A stretch of DNA of 64,000 nucleotides from a virus. Lineage: Duplodnaviria; Heunggongvirae; Uroviricota; Caudoviricetes. The notes under the pieces are model-generated. The model did no database searches. It had not been told where the DNA came from and was given only the letters and a program-made list of their open reading frames with translations. Of the stretch, positions 61,345-64,000 are shown piece after piece. Position 1 is the first letter of the stretch, and each line of letters starts with the position of its first letter. The translations under genes were made by a program, and so were the position numbers. The stretch lies in the IMG/VR virus record IMGVR_UViG_3300031133_000383, positions 1 to 64,000 of that record; one strand, 5' to 3'.

Positions 61345-61505
61345 TCTGTCCCCCTTATTTTGGACATTATTATATCAAAAAATTACATTATTGGCAAGCA
61401 TCAATATCTCTTAAAAATCAATATTAACTTTTTTTATTGAATTGACTTATACTATTTAATTGATATATTATAATAACTTAACGGATAGTAATATGGGGAA
61501 ACAAT

Positions 61506-61688
61506 ATGCCAAAAATTATACTAAAACCACAGGAAAAAATTGAGTTTGCTCTTCGTCGTTTTAAAAAAGCTTGTGATAAAGCTAAGATTATTCAAGATTA
61601 TAGAAAACATGAATTTTATATTCCAGAAACTGAACTCAAAGTGCTTAGAAAAAAAGAAGCCATAAAAAGAGAAAAGAAAAAACGATAA
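61506..61688 (+). CDS. rpsU: 30S ribosomal protein bS21
   Basis: MP..E..ALRRFKK.C.KA..RKHEFY; 60 aa, basic. Confidence 0.85.
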   Translation: MPKIILKPQEKIEFALRRFKKACDKAKIIQDYRKHEFYIPETELKVLRKKEAIKREKKKR

Positions 61689-61762
61689 TAACATGTCTTT
61701 TCAATAATATTCAGTTATCATAACAGTGTCTTCTTAATACTCTATATAACTGGTTATAATAG

Positions 61763-61800
61763 TTGACATCCTCCCCCACCTGAAGGGAGATGTCTTCTTT
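61763..61800 (+). other. GC-rich hairpin resembling an IS200/IS605-family end, or a terminator
   Basis: TTGACATCCTCCCCCACCTGAAGGGAGATGTC; stems GACAT/ATGTC and CTCCC/GGGAG. Confidence 0.35.
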
Positions 61801-61994
61801 CACCAAAAGCATTATAAAATTTATAACCCAAATGACAATAACTATAAATACTTAATATAGTGTATTTATTTATAGTTAGCATAGGCCAAAATGATTTAAA
61901 TTTACTTTTTGATAATTGATTTTTGGATGTTTTTCTGCTATAGTACAAAAACGATAGGCAATCTATCTAGTTCACTTAATATTTGGAGGAATTT

Positions 61995-62315
61995 ATGAAT
62001 AAAGCTATCCATTCTACTACTTTTGATGTCACAGATGCACTACATGAACATATCAATACCAATATCTCGAAAATTGAACAGCACAACGATAAAACAACAC
62101 ACATTGATGTTTTTCTGAAAAAAGACAATCTTAAATTTATTGCAGAATTTAAACTTTTGGTTCCTCACACCAATGGGGTTCTGGTTAGCTCTTCGAGTGA
62201 GGATATGTATCATGCCATTACAGAAGCAACCAACAAAGTACTCATTAAGTTAAAGAAACTTAAAGAAAAATCAAAAAGTAAGCTACATCAAAAAATTTTG
62301 GTAGCAGAAGAGTAA
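61995..62315 (+). CDS. hpf: Ribosome hibernation promoting factor (HPF/RaiA)
   Basis: FDVTDAL, SEDMYHAI..KV..KLKK.KEK; GGAGG SD. Confidence 0.85.
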   Translation: MNKAIHSTTFDVTDALHEHINTNISKIEQHNDKTTHIDVFLKKDNLKFIAEFKLLVPHTNGVLVSSSSEDMYHAITEATNKVLIKLKKLKEKSKSKLHQKILVAEE

Positions 62316-62328
62316 AAGAAGAGTAAAC

Positions 62329-62351
62329 AAAGACCAGCAAAGCTGGTCTTT
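62329..62351 (+). terminator. Intrinsic terminator of hpf
   Basis: AAAGACCAGC-aaa-GCTGGTCTTT. Confidence 0.7.
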
Positions 62352-62370
62352 AACAATAGGATGGAAATGA

Positions 62371-63027
62371 TTGAAACAAAGTAAACGAGATAGAATCAAT
62401 TTCAGTTTGAATGAAATTCATAACGATGTAATGGAATTGTTCAAAATAGATCAAGATGTTCGAGAATGTTATATTGATATTCTGGATACTTTTGAATCTG
62501 ATTATTCCTATTATGAAGATTATGCTTATCCTTATTTCATGAAAGAAAATATAGCCATGGTTAATGATTTTAATCAGCAATATAAAATTACCAATCAAGT
62601 ATTGGATAAGAATTATATTGAAGACCATAATAATGCTTACTTTATGATAAATTTTGAGGATATACGTTCTGATTGTACACATCCTTTGGTTATTTTGTTA
62701 CTAGAACATTACTCGGGTCTAGCTGATTGTCATTCCTTTAATATATTCTTGGCTTATCATCAGCCTAAATGGAATTATAGGACAGAAATAATATTAAAAG
62801 TTTTTATTAATGATCTCGACTGTAAGTGGCCTAGTCGCAATGTCAATGAATTGAATTATATCAATAATCAAGTCTATCCATCTTTTGTAGAAACGGGTTT
62901 CCATAAAGTTATCTATAATGACTTAAAATTGAGACCTTATTTTTACAAGAGATTGGACATGAATGAAGACTATATTGTGACTCATTTTGATGACGTTAAA
63001 TGGTTATTGGAAGCTATTGATTATTGA
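62371..63027 (+). CDS. Hypothetical protein with tag-A-like end
   Basis: Ends VKWLLEAIDY. Confidence 0.6.
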   Translation: MKQSKRDRINFSLNEIHNDVMELFKIDQDVRECYIDILDTFESDYSYYEDYAYPYFMKENIAMVNDFNQQYKITNQVLDKNYIEDHNNAYFMINFEDIRSDCTHPLVILLLEHYSGLADCHSFNIFLAYHQPKWNYRTEIILKVFINDLDCKWPSRNVNELNYINNQVYPSFVETGFHKVIYNDLKLRPYFYKRLDMNEDYIVTHFDDVKWLLEAIDY

Positions 63028-63079
63028 GTTATTGATTAAAATAGGGTATAATAGTGCTCTCTTAACAAGGAATACTAAC

Positions 63080-64000
63080 ATGATTGAATCAATGGTCAAA
63101 AATTTTATTCAACAACATCCTCGTAAAAAATACATTATTGCATACAGTGGCGGTGTTGATAGTCAAGTACTGCTGCATGCCTTTGCAAAGGTTGTTCCTA
63201 ATCAAGTAGTTGCCTTTCATATTAATCATGGTATTTCTGAGCAAGCCGATGCTTGGACAGACTTTTGTTTTCTGAACGCTTGCCTTTTGGGCGTAAAATT
63301 TGAAGTCAAAAAGTTTTCACTTAAAGGAATCAGTAACCTTGAAGATGTTGCTCGACAAGCTCGTTATGGAGAATTTCTTAAAGTAATGAATAATGATACA
63401 GCATTGGTGACAGGCCATCATATGGATGATCAGGTAGAAACTTTTATGCTCAACTTGATGCGTGGAGCAGGTCTTGACGGGCTTGCTGCAATGCCAGAAA
63501 GTAAATCATTTGGTGAGGGGGTTCATCTACGTCCATTTCTTGCTATCGGCAAACAGGATCTAACCGATTATGCGGTCAAAAACAATTTGAAATGGGTAGA
63601 AGATGAAAGTAATAAAGACAGCGTTTATGACCGAAACTTTATTCGTAATGAGATCATGCCATTGATCAAGACTCGATGGGAGAATGCAAGTTCTGCTGTA
63701 TGTCAAAGTATTAATCACATTCAAAATGCAAAAAACTATATCGATGAAAAAAATGATGTAATGGATATCAATAAAGACACCCTTTCTATTACTGAACTGT
63801 TGTCCTTCAATGCTTATGAACAGACACATATTGTCCGAAAATGGGTATCAAAAAAGTTGGGTAAATCAGCATCACAAAACATGTTGAACACTATTTTTAA
63901 TGAGATTATTCCTGCACGAGAAGACGCGAAAATGAAATGGGAGCAAAAAAACTATTTTATCACTCGTTATGAAGATTCATTGTACTTTGTTAAAAAAGAA
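63080..64000 (+). CDS. tilS: tRNA(Ile)-lysidine synthetase, 3'-truncated by window (absent from the ORF track)
   Basis: Hand-translated: IAYSGGVDS, HINHG, EDVARQARY, TGHHMDDQVETF..RGAG..GL, RPFL, WVEDESN, RNFIR. Confidence 0.95.
   Translation, partial: MIESMVKNFIQQHPRKKYIIAYSGGVDSQVLLHAFAKVVPNQVVAFHINHGISEQADAWTDFCFLNACLLGVKFEVKKFSLKGISNLEDVARQARYGEFLKVMNNDTALVTGHHMDDQVETFMLNLMRGAGLDGLAAMPESKSFGEGVHLRPFLAIGKQDLTDYAVKNNLKWVEDESNKDSVYDRNFIRNEIMPLIKTRWENASSAVCQSINHIQNAKNYIDEKNDVMDINKDTLSITELLSFNAYEQTHIVRKWVSKKLGKSASQNMLNTIFNEIIPAREDAKMKWEQKNYFITRYEDSLYFVKKE

Noticed and set aside
62306-62327. 11-bp tandem duplication AGAAGAGTAAA at the hpf stop
   Set aside because: Most simply a local slippage duplication; nothing is inserted between the copies.
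1903-63829. Many short overlapping or antisense ORFs in the track (e.g. 1903, 3051, 6202, 16967, 24045, 44819, 45641, 47366, 61754, 62350, 63560)
   Set aside because: Most overlap better-supported genes in another frame or strand; they lack SDs and recognisable motifs, and are treated as shadow or chance ORFs.
1-64000. CRISPR array, tRNA or rRNA genes
   Set aside because: No regularly spaced repeats or cloverleaf-like GC-rich segments seen by eye; a tRNAscan/Infernal run would be needed to exclude them fully.
1-64000. Alternative genetic code (stop-codon recoding)
   Set aside because: Coding density is high under code 11 and known proteins are full length; TAA, TAG and TGA all end genes.

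Overview
Very AT-rich (by eye under 30% GC), gene-dense window with about 75 CDSs on both strands, mostly with sigma70-type promoters and intrinsic terminators. More than half are proteins I cannot assign to a family. No capsid, tail, replication, conjugation, rRNA, tRNA or CRISPR genes are visible. The content fits part of a large mobile element (megaplasmid or jumbo phage) of a probably gammaproteobacterial host; this is inference. Recognisable genes: a dispersed Preiss-Handler NAD route (pncB, nadD, nadE); translation genes (rpsU/bS21, hpf, tilS); an RNA-ligase-like nucleotidyltransferase; NUDIX, HAD and three metallophosphoesterases; two DEDDh-type exonucleases; a GNAT; a RING-TerD protein; an ART-PolyVal/zincin polyvalent-type protein; and an MFS-PlsC fusion, MscS and a nitroreductase-DoxX-LysR cassette. 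The strongest unexplained signal is two C-terminal tag systems. (A) About 17 otherwise dissimilar ~170-270 aa proteins end in [VLI]-x-x-[M/I]-x-x-x-stop, 12 with Met exactly at -4. (B) About 10 mostly larger proteins end in a Lys-rich tail like a translocation signal, including a duplicated two-gene module (SWC/PcfJ-like protein plus degenerate GNAT). Other observations: tilS, pncB and hpf contain no AUA codon; several enzyme homologues look catalytically dead; there is a dispersed ~58-bp intergenic repeat, an unannotated 48-aa acidic ORF in a GGGA/UCCC-rich region, and candidate small RNAs.
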